Shown here piece by piece: positions 1 through 12,849 of a DNA stretch of 64,000 bases (position 1 is its first letter; the number at the start of each line of letters is the position of its first letter). The DNA comes from Lama glama. Its lineage: Eukaryota. The position numbers were made by a program, and so were the translations under genes. The stretch lies in the NCBI GenBank assembly GCA_028534125.1, contig CM052817.1, forward strand, positions 38,504,001 to 38,568,000. The letters are read 5' to 3'. Under the pieces are notes generated by a model. That model searched no databases, was not told the origin of the DNA, and was given only the letters and a program-made list of their open reading frames with translations.

Positions 1-712
1 CCCATTTTAAATCAGGTTGTTTGCCTTTTTGATATTGAGTATCATAAGTTCTTTATATATTTTGGATACCAACTCTCATCAGATATATCATATGTAAATA
101 TTTTCTCCCATTCAATAGATTGTCTTTTTATTTGTTGATGGTTTCCTTCACTGTGCAAAGGCTTTTTAGTCTGATGTAGTCCCATTTGTTTATTTTTGCT
201 TTTATTGCCCTTGCCTGGGGAGACAGATCCAAAAAAAATATTGCAAAGACCAAATAGCAAAGTGTATTACCTATGTTTTATTCTAGGAGTTTTATGGTTT
301 TGGGTCTTGCACTTAAGTCTTTAATCCATTTTGAGTTTATTTTTGTATGTAATGTAAGAAAATATTCTGGTTTCATTATTTTTATATGCAGTATTCCAGT
401 TTTCACAACACCATTTATTGAAGAGATTATCTTTTCCCTATTGTATATCCTTGCCTTCTTTGTTGTAGATTAATTGACCATAGTATATGAGTTTATCTCT
501 GGGCTGGCGATTCTGTTCCATTGGTCTACGCGTCTGTTTTTGTGCCACCACCATGTGCTTTGATTTCTGTAACTTTGTACTCCAGTCTGAAGTCAGGGAG
601 CATGATATCTTCAGCTTTGTCCTTTCTTCTCAAGATTGCTTTGACTATCCAGGGTCTTTTGTGGACCCATATAAACTTTAGGATTCTTTTTCCTAGTTCT
701 GTGAAAAATGTC
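1..712 (-). mobile_element. LINE-1 fragment, 3' part of ORF2 (decayed, runs off window)
   Basis: Minus-strand ORFs read [29 protein letters not shown]...[10 protein letters not shown] and KRQSIEWEKIF, typical of the L1 ORF2 C-terminal region. Confidence 0.95.
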
Positions 713-2686
713 CAGATCTTAACCCTTAAACTCATAGATTATAAGTAGGTATAGAGATCTCCTGAAATGAGGGGCTGAAGTGATTGGGGAAGGTGGGTAA
801 GCTCAGTTTGTAACTACATCAACAAACTACAGCATGAAAATCTATACAGCTGAACATAAACTGAAGATTAAACTAGATAAGCAGGCTTCATAATCCACTG
901 CAAATAAAAATAATACTCAATACTGAATTCCTACAAGAAAATGAAGTATCTCTTAGTCATTGGTTGTTTAATTGGCAGGACAAAAAAATAAAATCATGAC
1001 AGTAATCTAAAGAATGTTTTTATACTTGAGTAATGATACGATAACAACCTATGATGTTCGCTAAGATAATGTGTTACCTTGCATATTCTCTAATTACAAA
1101 ACCCTGTATAAGGCAAGAAACATTTAATAGTCTCCTCTGCCACTGTTGCCAATTTTCCCAGCAGCACCAAGGCTCTAGGATTCTTTTGGGAGCATCTTGG
1201 AAATGTGATTAGCAAGAGCAGTAACATAATCTTCCTACTTTGAAGTGCAATCAATGGTCAGAAGCAGTGGTTTCCTTCTAATAGTAATACTTCCCTATCT
1301 TGGACATCTTACTACTCTGCTTATTTGTCCTGGTTTGTGATATTTGTATGACATCTTTAACATAAAGTAGCGATGAAAGATATCTTTTTTAAAATAAGCA
1401 AAGGAGTAACAAATAGGATCTATTACAACTTTTAAAATCCTTAAGCTATTTATGTTGTAGAAAGCAGCCTTAAGCCACCTCTGCATGATCCTGTCGCAAT
1501 AACATAACTGACACTACTCAGGAAATGCTTTACGAACACAAAATGAAAGCATTCCTTGTAGTCCTAAACCCTATGTCTTTAAAAATATTAAAAAGTCTCA
1601 AAAAAGCTAATATTAATAGGAAATACTGCACATTCTAAAAAGTTGTCATGAAATGGAACGTCACCTAAGAAGACCAGCAACTCCCAAAAGATTCCCAAGG
1701 TAGTTGTTTTTCATCATAAATTCATTGCAGGCATAAACCATGCAGGAGAGATACCTGAATTTGTGACCACAAATAAGAATAATAAAGTTCTCAAGAGAAG
1801 ATCGTATCAAATAATATCTCAGATACTGGAATGAAATTTTGACCTAATCAGAAATGTTTTTCCCTATAAAGAACCTACATAATAATATCAATTACCATAA
1901 ACTTGTATAGGTTCAGAACAAGGAGTGTTAGCTGATAAGATACAATGCTCAATAAAAGGATAAACTTGTCACCATTATTTCTTCACGACCCCACCCAACA
2001 TGTATTTAGTGGATGCATACTATGTGCCAGTAAACAAGAAATAAAGAGTCCTTGCTCACACGGACCTTATATTTGGCCAAGCCATTCTCACCACGGGATA
2101 GTGCTTATATGAGCACTGTCCACACTGGCTGTTCTGATGTCCCACACCAGTGCACGCAAGTGATGCCCATCATCACTGTCTCCTGTTCTCCAAACTGAGC
2201 ACAAAATCATAGGTGACATTTCCTCTCCCCAGTTGCAGCCTCATTCCCCTACTTTCTCCTATAAAGAAATAGTCTTCCAGTTCATCTTTGTTGTTGTTTT
2301 AGTTGTTCACTTACTCGTTGGTGACATATTTGTTCTTACAGATAACCACATCTATTGTCTTTGGGATTGATTAGTTTAACTCACAGAACACAATCTAAAT
2401 TTCCGAGTTCTTGGAAGATACTTCATTGGGTTCCCCCATCCTGGCACCAAGAATGAGTTCAGTTTTCTACACTATATAAATTAACCATATATTTGTGCTT
2501 TATCTTGTCATCATCTCTATCACCCTTCAGAAATATTAGACTATAGTTTTCATTTTATTAAAAAAAAAAGTAGGGATTCTCTTTTCAGGGATTAAACTAC
2601 ATACCATTTGCCACAGTTTAGTTGCAAAGAAACTTTCAATCTTGGATAATAGCTGTATTCTGAATTCTTTCTCCGTGTGCCTGCAG

Positions 2687-3140
2687 GATCACAGCAGGAG
2701 GCTGAATATCACTGAATCTGAAAACAGTTTCCATGTTAAGGGGCCTATAGCATGCATGGAGAGTCCTGAAATCATCTCTTCTTGAATAATATCACTTGGT
2801 TATGCCTGGAAACCTTCATGTGTTCCTTACAAAACTGTGTTCATATGGGCAGGCATTTATATTGTGCAACCCAATCGTTACTGCTGGTTTGATGGCTCAG
2901 CTGACAGAGGTAATATACCTATAAATACAGCCTGATTGCACTACCCGACTGCCTTCACCACAGCACTCTGCAACGATTCATCATTTCCCTTTCAAAAGAG
3001 GGTCTTTGCTACTTTGTTTTGGTATGATCTTAAAAGTCTGACTATTTTCCAGAAGACCAGGAGTAGAGATTCAGATTATCCTTTTGATAGTAAATGACCA
3101 GTCGTAAAAAGGTCTGTAGTTACTGTAACTGATAGTGGGG
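2687..3140 (+). pseudogene. Decayed KIAA1958-like N-terminal (shared 5') exon
   Basis: Acceptor ttctttctccgtgtgcctgcag|G at 2686/2687. Across frameshifts: LNLKT (2712), AYSMHGES*NHL (2743-2778), GNL...CSYGQAF (to 2858), TRSRDSDY (~3056). These parallel recalled KIAA1958 ENLSKLVSWAHSHGTICSLI...GNLTAMWGCSAGHAY...RTRDSCDF. Confidence 0.55.
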
Positions 3141-3458
3141 AAAAAAAAGAAAAGAAAAACAAACAAACAAACAAAAAACCAGTCTTAACAATATGAAAGA
3201 GCTTTTCTGCTGAGAGGGATTGTGCTTTCTCTTCATATTTGAAAGATTAATGTTTCTTACTGCAAGTCTAGTTCTTAAGCTATATATTCAAGGAAATGAC
3301 ACTGGAAAGTACGATGGTACAAGGTAGTCATTTTCATCTGTGATCAGAATTATCTTAGGGGTTCCTTAGGGAAGGGAGGAATTAGTGGATTTTATCAGGT
3401 CTGGCTAGAGCCCCCAAATTCATCCATATCCCCACATCACCTAGGGAAGCACTGCCTT

Positions 3459-4019
3459 CAGCAGCGTATCTGTCTTGAAGTAAATGAAGCTAAGCTTCAA
3501 GGACCTTCTCTTGCACAGACCCTTCCAAGATCAAGTTCCCTAGCAATGTTTTCACCTGGTTGTATGTCCTGTAACACTTGCAAAAGTAAAAAACAAATAA
3601 ACAAACACAATTAGTTAAGGCCACTGTCTCTTTCCATTCTAATTTTCCCGGACATTAGGTGGTACTAGAGTGGTCACAGGCACTTTGTGGGGTGAAGAGA
3701 AATTTGGAGACAGATTATGCTTAGGTGTAGCAGGACCTATTATGAGCATCACAGTCATGCCTGTGTATTGTTGAGTTATCACTAGCTACCCTAGTGCAGG
3801 GATGGCTTCCAGGTATGCTCCCATCATCACTGTGCCAACTCACCTAGTATCATGACACAAAGGTGTAGGGCCAGAGGTGGTACAGTGATGTGAGCATGTC
3901 TCATGGAAGGCACCAAAGTTCGAAACGTATAAGTGAGAATTAGCTTGTATAAAATTTCTTCGATCATTAGACATATAAAAACATAAGCAGACTGTTCAGT
4001 TCTCATCTATGCTTAGTCG
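3459..4019 (+). mobile_element. hAT-Tip100 DNA transposon, Zaphod-like 5' end
   Basis: Colinear with the recalled Zaphod consensus: aatgaagctaagcttcaagg...cttgcaaaagtaa...ggatggcttccagg...catgacacaaaggtgtagggccagagg...gttctcatc. Confidence 0.75.
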
Positions 4020-4024
4020 ATGGT

Positions 4025-4986
4025 ATAGGCTTTACACTTGGAGAGAGAGGGAGGAGAGAGACAATAAATAAACAAACAAACAAGTCTATAAGTATAAAAT
4101 CAGATATGGATACTTCTAAATAAATAAAGCATGGAATAATAGTAAGGTTGAACTTTAATAAGGATGGCCAGGAAAATAAGGTACCATTTGATCCACTGCT
4201 TCATAAAAATGATATGTAGTACACCAAGAGTCAGTATTTATTTACTGCTAACTATGAGTTAGACAGTACTGATGCAGCTGTGACCTGTGTACAGATAATC
4301 CCTGCCCTAGAATAAACGGTTTTACAGCCAGTAAATAAGCAGTTGCAACAAGCTGTATACTGTACTATGACGGGAGGAACAATTTAAGGAGCCATTTACC
4401 TAACTTAGAAGGTGATGAAATTCTTCCTCATAAAAAAAATTATGCCAAAATATAAAAAATGAGTAGGAGTTATCAAAAGTGAGGGGAAAGGGAGGGATGA
4501 GACTCCTCCAAGTATAAAGAACAAGATGAGAATGGACAGAGACTGGAGAAAATATGTTCTGTGCAGGGAACTGAAATGCTCTAGCAAAAAGCCTAAGACA
4601 AAAAATGAGATTGGAAAGAAAAGTAGACTCCATTCAGGTAAAAGCTTCCTTAATCATGAAAAAGATTTTGGACTCCTAAAGGGTTTTCAGCAGAGATAAG
4701 TGAAGCTATAATCATAAGTATTACATTAAAAAAAAACTACTCTAGCTGTCATGTGGAAGAAAGGGTAGAAGAGAGAAATACTGGAGAGAAAAAAATCAGC
4801 AAGAAAGTTATTGTTAATACCTAGGAGAAAAAATAATGATGGTCAAAAGTTGGGAAGTAGCAGTGAAGATTCTTAAAAATGGATAACTTTGAAAGAGATT
4901 TAGGAAACAGAATCAATGGTGACTACTTGAAACTAGAGGGTAAATAGTAATGAAGGACAATGTTCAGATCACTGGCTTGAGTAACC
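4025..4986 (-). mobile_element. LINE-2 fragments
   Basis: Purine-rich antisense L2 3'-region motifs (gggttttcagcagaga, actctagctg, ctggcttgagtaac). The element resumes after the LTR at ~6300-6440. Confidence 0.65.
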
Positions 4987-6298
4987 TGTTGTGCCTGATC
5001 TGTGTTCCCCCCAAATTTAAATATTAATATTCTAACCTCTAGGACCTCAGAATGTGCTGTACTTGGAGTCAAGGCCTTTAAAGAGGTAATTAAGTTAAAA
5101 TGAGGTCATCATACAAATGGCCAATAGGCACATTAAAAAAATGATCAATATTGCTAATTATCAGAGAAATGCAATTCAAAACTGCAATGAGGTATCACCT
5201 CATATCAGTCCAAATGGCCATCATTCAAAAGTTCACAAATGATAAATGCTGGAGAGGCTGTGGAGAAAAGGAAACCCTCCTACACTGTTGGTGGGAATGG
5301 AGTTTGGTGCAGCCATTATGGAAAACAGTATGGAGATTCCTCAGAAGACTAAAAATAGACTTAACATATGATCCAGCAATCCCACTCCTGGGCATATATC
5401 TAGCGGGAACTCTTGATTCAAAAATATACATGCACCCCAATGTTCACAGAAGCACTATGTACAATACCCAAGACATGGAAGCAACCTAAATGTCCTTTGA
5501 TAGATGACTGGATAAAGTAGTTGTGCTATATTTATACAATGGAATACTACTTAGTCATAAAAGAGAATAAAATAATTCCATTTGCAGCAAGGTTGATGGA
5601 CCTGGAGATTGTCATACTAAGTGAATTAAGGCAGAAAGAGAAAGAAAAACACCATATGATATCACTCATATGTAGAATCTAAAAAAAAAACAGAAAAAAA
5701 GAGGACACTAATGAACTCATCTACAAAACAGAAACAGACTCTCAGACATGGTAAACAGTCTTATGGCTATGAGGGAGAAAGGGGGTGGGAAGGGATAAAT
5801 GTGGGAGTTTGAGATTTGCAAATGTTAACCACTATATATAAAAATAGATTTTAAAAAATTCTTCTGTATAACATAGGGAACTATATTCAATATTTTTAAT
5901 AACCTTTAATGAAAAAGAATATGAAAATGAATATATGTATATATATGCATGGCTGGGATATTATGCTGTACACCAGAAATTTACATGTCATAACTGACTA
6001 TACATCAATAATAAATAAATAAATAAATAAAATGAGGTCATTACTGCGAGTGCTAATCCAATATAACTGGTGTTCTCATAAGAAGAGATTAGGCCACAGT
6101 CACACAGCGAAAACCACCTGAAGACCAAGGGAGATGATGGTCATGCACAAGCCAACGAGAGAAGCCTCAGAAGAACCAACCCTGCTGGCAACTCGATCTC
6201 AGACTTCTAGTCTCCAGAATTGTGAGAAAGTAATTTCTGTGGCTTAAACCACCCAGTCTGTGGTGCTTTATTACAAGCAGCCCTGATAAGCTGATACA
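4987..6298 (+). mobile_element. MaLR solo LTR (MLT1B-like), split by an L1 insertion
   Basis: TG...CA ends. acctcagaatgtg...aagaggtaattaagttaaaatgaggtcat resumes at 6029 with ctaatccaatataactggtg...ctccagaattgtgagaaa...aaaccacccagtctgtgg. Confidence 0.9.
5110..6028 (+). mobile_element. 5'-truncated LINE-1 (ORF2 C-terminus + 3' UTR) with 13-bp TSD
   Basis: ORF 5151-5489 [10 protein letters not shown]...[18 protein letters not shown]; (TAAA)n tail; TSD aaaatgaggtcat at 5097-5109 and 6029-6041 on a TT/AAAA site. Confidence 0.97.
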
Positions 6299-6499
6299 AC
6301 ACCCTTCACTGAGAAAGGGAATACACAACAGGAGAAGCAAGTTTGGGGTACAGGAGACGATGCAGTCTTTTTAGAGAAATTGAAATTTATGTGTCTGTGA
6401 GACAAGGTGAACTTGTCTACAGTGCTGTCGGGGCCTGTACAGAGGCAAAACTGAAACAATGGAAGGCATACCTCCACAGTACCAAGTACTCTGGAATCC

Positions 6500-7760
6500 C
6501 ATGAAAAACAGCTTCGGTGAAGACTGACTTACAAGATCGCAAACCACACAAGAAAATAAAACACTGAATGAGTCACCAAAGCAATGGGGGAATGTGCACA
6601 CCAAAGCTGAATATAGTCATCTGCAAAAGACAGAAACAGAAGCCACGAGGTATGAACACAAGAGTAGGAAAAACAGTAGATTTGAAAAACATTTTTTTAT
6701 GCTAGAAGTGAAAAATAGAGTCACTGAAATCAATAATGCAATGGATAAGTTAAAGAGTTGACTAGAAGGAGCTGATGAAAAACTTAGTGAATTGGAATGG
6801 ATTTAAAGTAATTACCCAGAACAAGGAGGGTACAGCTTAGTGGTAGAGCATGTGCTTAGCATGCATGAGGTCCTGGGTACAATCCCCAGTACTTCCATTA
6901 AAAAAATAAATAAATAAACTTAATTACCTCCCCCAAAACAAAACAAATAAATAAAAATAAAAAGTAATTACACAGGATACAAAACAGAGGTAAAACAGAT
7001 GGGAAATATGACAGACTATCTGAGTGGAATGGATGATACGATGAGTAGCCCCAAGATACGTATGAAAGGAATTTCCCGTGAAGACAGTATAAAGAATGGC
7101 AAAAAATAAATTCAAAAAAGTACCTGAAATTTTTCCTGAATTAAAGAAAGACATGAGTTATCTTCTCAGACTGAAGAAGCACAAATAGGATAAACAAATA
7201 TAGATGTACATCTAGTAAAATGTAGAACATCAAAACAAAGAGAACATCATACAAAATATGTCAGAGAAAATATAAATTATCTACAAAGGAACAACTATAT
7301 TGATAGCAAGCCATAAGCACTAAAACTTGCCAGAAGACAGTTTCAAAGGGACGAGGAAAAATCACTGTTAACCCCCATATTCTAAGCTATCATTCACAGG
7401 TCATAGTGAAATTAAAATATTTTCCTGAACAATAAATATTAAATATTTGCCACTCACTGGCCTTTGCTGAAATAACTAAGTATGTGACTCAGCAATAAGA
7501 AAACTGAACCAGGAAGGAAGGCTTGGGATGCAAGAACCAAGACTAAATAATAAATAAATTGCTATATCTGATGGAAGTTTAAATAAGTATTAATTGTTAA
7601 GATAGTAATAATTATCACTGATTATAAAGGCTCAGAGAGCAGGATGCAACTAAAATACACAACAGTAGCACTGAAGTTGAAAGATGGAAATTAAAGCATT
7701 TAATTTCCTTATATTGTTTGCAAGAAGGGTAGAGCTCTTGACTCAGTGTTTAATTTGTTA
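6500..7760 (+). mobile_element. Old L1/HAL1 ORF1-like region
   Basis: A-rich ORF1-type motifs (gaaatcaataatgcaatggataagttaaa...gaaaaacttagtgaattggaa; gaaatttttcctgaattaaagaaagacatgagt). Confidence 0.6.
6823..6960 (+). mobile_element. tRNA-derived SINE, camelid Vic-1-like
   Basis: A box (cagcttagtggtag), B box (gggtacaatccc), ctaattacctcccc-type body, A-rich tail; TSD aaagtaattac at 6806 and 6961. Confidence 0.9.
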
Positions 7761-7806
7761 TATGTAAGTGGTATAAACATGTAGTTTATACCACTTACAT
7801 GTAACA

Positions 7807-8003
7807 TAGATAAACAAGATTATACTGCATAGCACAGGGAAATATATACAAGTTCTTGTGGTAGCTCACAGCAAAAAAAATGTGACAAAGAATATATGTA
7901 TGTTCATGTATAACTGAAAAATTGTGCTCTACACTGAAATTTGACACAACATTGTAAAATGACTATAACTCAATAAAAAATGTTTAAAATAAATAAATAG
8001 ATA
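7807..8003 (+). mobile_element. LINE-1 3' UTR terminus
   Basis: Same tail as at 14330-14500 and 30140-30320 (agataaacaagattatactg...gacacaacattgtaaaatgactataactcaataaaa). Confidence 0.9.
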
Positions 8004-8939
8004 AAGTAAGAATACTCATCAAAATAAAAGAAATTTAATATATAAGTTTCCAATCCAGTATATCAGAAGAAAGGTTCCATCTGTAGGTGTAGCAGCATCT
8101 AACCTGGGTTCTGCAACTAACGTGGGCCAGTTCTGCCCATTGTACAGACCCCAGTAACAGCCCAAAGCTGTTGCTTTCAATCAACTACCTCAAATCTCAT
8201 TTTAATCAATGCTTTTTGAAAACCTACACAAAAACAGATTAAAAAAAGAAAAAAATTCGGATATATTTCTCTTCATTAATAACCACCTTAATATAATTAA
8301 TAATGAATGGCAAAATAGTCATAAAATGGGTAGTGTAGATTAAATGAAAATGAAACAAAAGAACAAGAAAATTCTCCAATCATTAAGGTAAAGCCTACTT
8401 AGATCAAAAATTGACTTATTTTCATTTCTTAGCAGCCACAGTAGGTATTATCTTTACATTATAAATGATTCAACTGAGAGATAACAAGATCACACTGTTT
8501 CCCTATAGCACAACCAGAAATTTCATAATCTCCAAATTAGATTTCATAATATTTAAGTTTATAATCCAGATTTCTATTTTGTTGCTTCAGTTATGAGATC
8601 CTAAAACACTGGCTCATTCTTTGATTGCTCTGAATTTTTAAAATTGAATTATTTCTTCCATTTCAAGTAATTGGATTATTTTTTAGGATTACAAAATGTT
8701 TTTGTTATATGCTTGTTTTTGTTGTTAGGGCATCTGGCTTTATCTTTTTACACGAAGAAGTCCTAGAGTTAATCTAGCAAAAACTTTCGTATTTTAAAGG
8801 AAACAAAACAAGCTGATCCTTGACTTATTCTTCTACTCTTTTCTTTCTTTAAATTGTGAACCCAGATTGGCTATGTAATTACTAGGAAACTGAAGGAATT
8901 TTCAACAATCTATTTTAATTTTCTTTCTGTGTCTGAAAG

Positions 8940-10250
8940 GTACAAAAAGGAAACTATTAAAACCAGCTAAAACCAATGTCCTAAAAAATACACAAACCTT
9001 CTACCACATTACAAAAGAAATGTTTTTAACTTCTTTACAAATAGCCAAATCCAGCTCTCAAGAAGTACTCACTTAATCCAGGACAGTTCTGTAATCCTAT
9101 TAAAAATGAAATAAATTTTCCTTATGAACTTTGACTTCAATTTTTTAGAGTGAAAAATTGTTTTTTGCCATTCAATACATTTGTGGGTATGGATATAATT
9201 TTGGTCAAACATTAAGCAACTATAAGACATCCTCAAAACTTTTAAAAGAATCTTAATAACATATTACAGCATATTTTAATTTCCTGCTTTCTTGTCTTCA
9301 TCCCTTAAGTTCCAAATTTCTCACCATTATATACTAAAGACTTAAAATGTCTGGCTTATGGATGTTTGACAAATTAATTGCTTATGCTAAACATAGTCTA
9401 CTGGTAGCTTATAACTTAGTGAGGAGTTTTATTTTTGCATATATTTATTAGCTTAAAACTTAGATCAGGAATGGTTAAAATTTAATAAGCCTTTGTAGGA
9501 ACAACAAAAATAACCAAACATTAAATAAACATGTTTTAGACTCACAGACAGAGAAAACAAACTTACGGTTTTCAGGGGAAAGTGGGTAGGAAAGGATAAA
9601 CTGGGAGTTCGAGATTTGCAAATACAAATTACTATACATAAAATAGATGTTTCTTTTATATAGCACAGGGAACTACATTCAATATCTTGTAGTAACCTAT
9701 AATGAAAAAGAATATGAAAACAGATATATGTATGTATATGTATGACTGAAACATTACCAGAAATATATACATACACCAGAAATTGACACAACATTGTAAA
9801 CTGACTATACTTTAATAAAGTAAATAAATAAATAAAAATAGACATGTTTTAATGTGTTGAGAAATAATAAAGAAATGTGGCTGAAATTCGGCAAATATGA
9901 AGTGCTATTCTTATTAAAAGCAACTGAATATTCCATTCTGCTAGAACTAATCAACAGTATAATGTTTAAATGAAGTGTCATAGCAAGTATCTGCTGAAAA
10001 TGAAGGGAACTCCTTGGCTGCTACCAAATGCCAGTGAAAAATCTTCAACATATTTTCATTCATTTTTTTTCCCTGAACTTATAAGTTGGTATGACTTTTC
10101 AGCCCAAACATTCAAGGTAACTATTATACTTGAATGGTTTCATTCTCTTGATTAATCAATAGTCTTCCTAATATTTTGTTATTCACGAGTCATCTTATAC
10201 ATCACATGAGTAAAAGGATATGACACAAAGCCTGGAATCCAAATTGTGAA
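8940..10250 (+). pseudogene. Decayed DUF3504/Crypton YR-derived exon, unit 1 (interrupted by L1)
   Basis: Phase-1 acceptor ttttctttctgtgtctgaaag|GT. Motifs in order: NVLKNTQT..KEMFLTS (8975), CGYGYNF..YKTSSKLLKES (9182), PLYTKDLKCLAYGCL (9324), LKFG...TEY (9881), KYLLK..PWLLP..ISWYD (9985-10095). Colinear with recalled KIAA1958 DUF3504 exons. Confidence 0.7.
9539..9836 (+). mobile_element. LINE-1 3' end with TSD
   Basis: L1 3' UTR plus (TAAA)n; TSD aaata(a/g)acatgtttta at 9523 and 9836. Confidence 0.92.
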
Positions 10251-11289
10251 ATTATATAGACTTGTTCTATTTTTTCCAAAATCTGACTCCAAATAAAGGT
10301 CAATACATATCTAATTCTTCATTTATAACTTGTTTCAACATTTTACATTGAAAATTCATAGCCCATCTCTCTTGAAATAAAAATAAATTAGTTACAATTC
10401 TATAAAGTCAGAAGAGAAACCTTCTATTATATGACTGTGATATTTTTTCTATTAAATTATTCCAATGTTTTAAGAATATATAACAATTAAAAATCTCTGC
10501 AAATAAAAAATTTTAAAACAAGTGAATAAGTCTAGAAATTTCATCTTCCACAGGAAACCAAAGTAGTAGTAAATCTGATTGGATTTCACCTGAAATTACT
10601 TACTAGAAGTTTATATTTGTAAGATATTTACAGAATATCTAATCTATCAAAATATTTATTCATAATTACATTATATTCTCATGATTAAAAATGTAAACAA
10701 AAGTGTATGTGAAATTTTTAAACAAACACTATCAAAGGTACAACTATCATGAATCTACTTCAAATAAATTGTATATTAGTCATAAAATGTATGCATCAGA
10801 ATTGGTGATGGTAAGACTTATACTATTACATTATACATGGACCACTATCATTGTATTTAAAAATCTGAATATTATGATTGACTAAATAATTATTTTTTCT
10901 TATAATCACAAAAATATACACCAGAGATTAAACTGTAAGGCAAAGAACTTTACTTTTCTTCAAAATGTTGTCAAAGTCTTTCTCTAAAATTCAGTGGTGC
11001 CTATATGTTCCATGAATGTCTTATTTGCTATAATTTTTCCAAGCAGTCTAGTGGGGTCTCATGCAAATACAGCTCACATAGTTTATAGTCTATAGATGTG
11101 CATCTGTCTGTGTGTGTGTCTGTGTGTGTATCTTTGTGTATGTCTATCCAGGCATTCCTACAGTAAATGTACTAAGATCCTTTCAAACTAAACTAACAGG
11201 AAAAAATGAACACAAGCAAGCATTAATTATAGACCAAAGAGCATAATAAAAATCAGAATTTTCCATTAAAAAAATAAAAATTATTCAGC

Positions 11290-11848
11290 AAATACTATTG
11301 GAAAAACTAAATATACACATGCCCAAAAAAATGAAGTTGAATGCTGCCCTTACACTATATACAAAATTAACTCAAAACTGAAGACCTAAAAGTAAGAAAT
11401 AAAATTATAAAACTCAAAGAAGAAAATCAAGGGCAAGGTCTTCATGGTGTTAGATATGACAATGATTTCTTGCAGATGACACCAAAAGCATAGGCAGCAA
11501 AAGAAAAATATAGATAAATGTTCTACATAAAAATTATAAATTTTTGCACACCAAAAACACTATCAACAGAGTGAACAGTCAGCCAACAGACTTGGAGAAA
11601 ATATCTGCAAATCACATTTCTGATCAAGGATTGTATCCAGAAAACATGAAGGATTTCTACAACTCAACAACAAAAGACAAAAAGCTCAATTCAAAAATGG
11701 GCCAAGGACTTAGACATTTCTCCAAAGAAGATATGCAAATGGACAGTAAGTACATGAAAAAATGTTCACTATCACTAACCAAAATGAGATATCACATCCT
11801 TTAAGATAGCTATTATTAGAAAGAAAGAAAGAAAGAAAGAAAGAAAAA

Positions 11849-11920
<72 letters not shown>

Positions 11921-12668
11921 AAAAAGAAAAGAAAGGAAGGAAGGAAGGAAGAAAGAAGGAAAGGAAGAAAGAAAGAAAGAAGTGTTGGTGGCAAGGATGT
12001 ACAGAAATTGGAATCTTGTGCATTGCTGGTAGGAATGTAAAATGGTACAGACACTGTAGAAAATGATATGGTCATTATTCAAAAAATTAAAAATAGAATT
12101 ACCATATGATTCAGCAATTCACTTCACCCAAAAGAAATGAAAGCAGAGATTCAAACAGATATTGGTATACTCATGTTCATACCAGAATTATTCACAACAG
12201 CCAAAAGGTGGAAGCGATCCAACTGTCCACTGAAAGATGAATAAATGAAATGTGGTATAAACATACAATTGAATATTATTCAGCCCTAAAAAGAAAGGAA
12301 ATTCTGATACATTCTACAATATGGTTGAACCTTGAGGACATCAGGCTAAATTAAATAAGCCAGTCATTAAAAAACAAATATTATATGGTTCCACTTATAT
12401 GAGGTACCTAGAGTAGTCAAATTCATAAGGACAGAAAGTACAATAATGGTTGCTGGGAGTGAGGAGAGGCAGGAATGGGGAGCAAGTGAATAATGGGTAC
12501 AGGTTTCAGTTAGGGAAGGCGAAAAAGTTCTGGAAATGGATGATGGCAATTGTTGCACAACTATGTGAATGTACTTAACACCACAGAATTTTCCCCTTAA
12601 ACATGGTTAAAATGGTAAATTTCATGTTACGTATAATGAATCACAATTTTAAAAATAAAAAATAAATT
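11290..12668 (+). mobile_element. Old LINE-1 3' portion (L1MB-like)
   Basis: ORF 11544 TINRVNSQPTDLEKISANHISDQGL and a typical L1M 3' UTR (ccacttatatgaggtacctagagtagtcaaattcata). Confidence 0.92.
11818..11980. repeat. (GAAA)n/(GAAG)n microsatellite inside L1
   Basis: Directly visible, ~160 bp pure purine tract. Confidence 0.98.
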
Positions 12669-12849
12669 TTAACCTATACTGAAAACACAACTGCATCGTT
12701 TTAAAGATGTTAACTCATAGATGTTCATTTTTACTTTCATATGTAATATCACTAGGGCTATGGCAATGGACAAATCTGCTATTCCTCCATCCTCCTGCCC
12801 TTAAACTCTGTGAACTGTGAAACAGTCCTAATCTGAAAAGCTGTCTGAA

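Noticed and set aside
1295..1486. GPCR TM7-like ORF (IDPICYSF) on the minus strand
   Set aside because: No upstream transmembrane segments in any frame; likely chance.
2871..2930. CCAAT plus TATAAA promoter
   Set aside because: Common motifs in AT-rich DNA, lying inside the putative fossil exon.
9073..9096. 24-nt minus-strand micro-exon (ttttaatag...|gtgagt)
   Set aside because: Splice signals look good, but the peptide is unrecognisable and it lies antisense within unit 1; unsupported without RNA data.
11710..12082. Phe/Leu/Ser-rich ORFs
   Set aside because: Artefacts of the (GAAA)n microsatellite.
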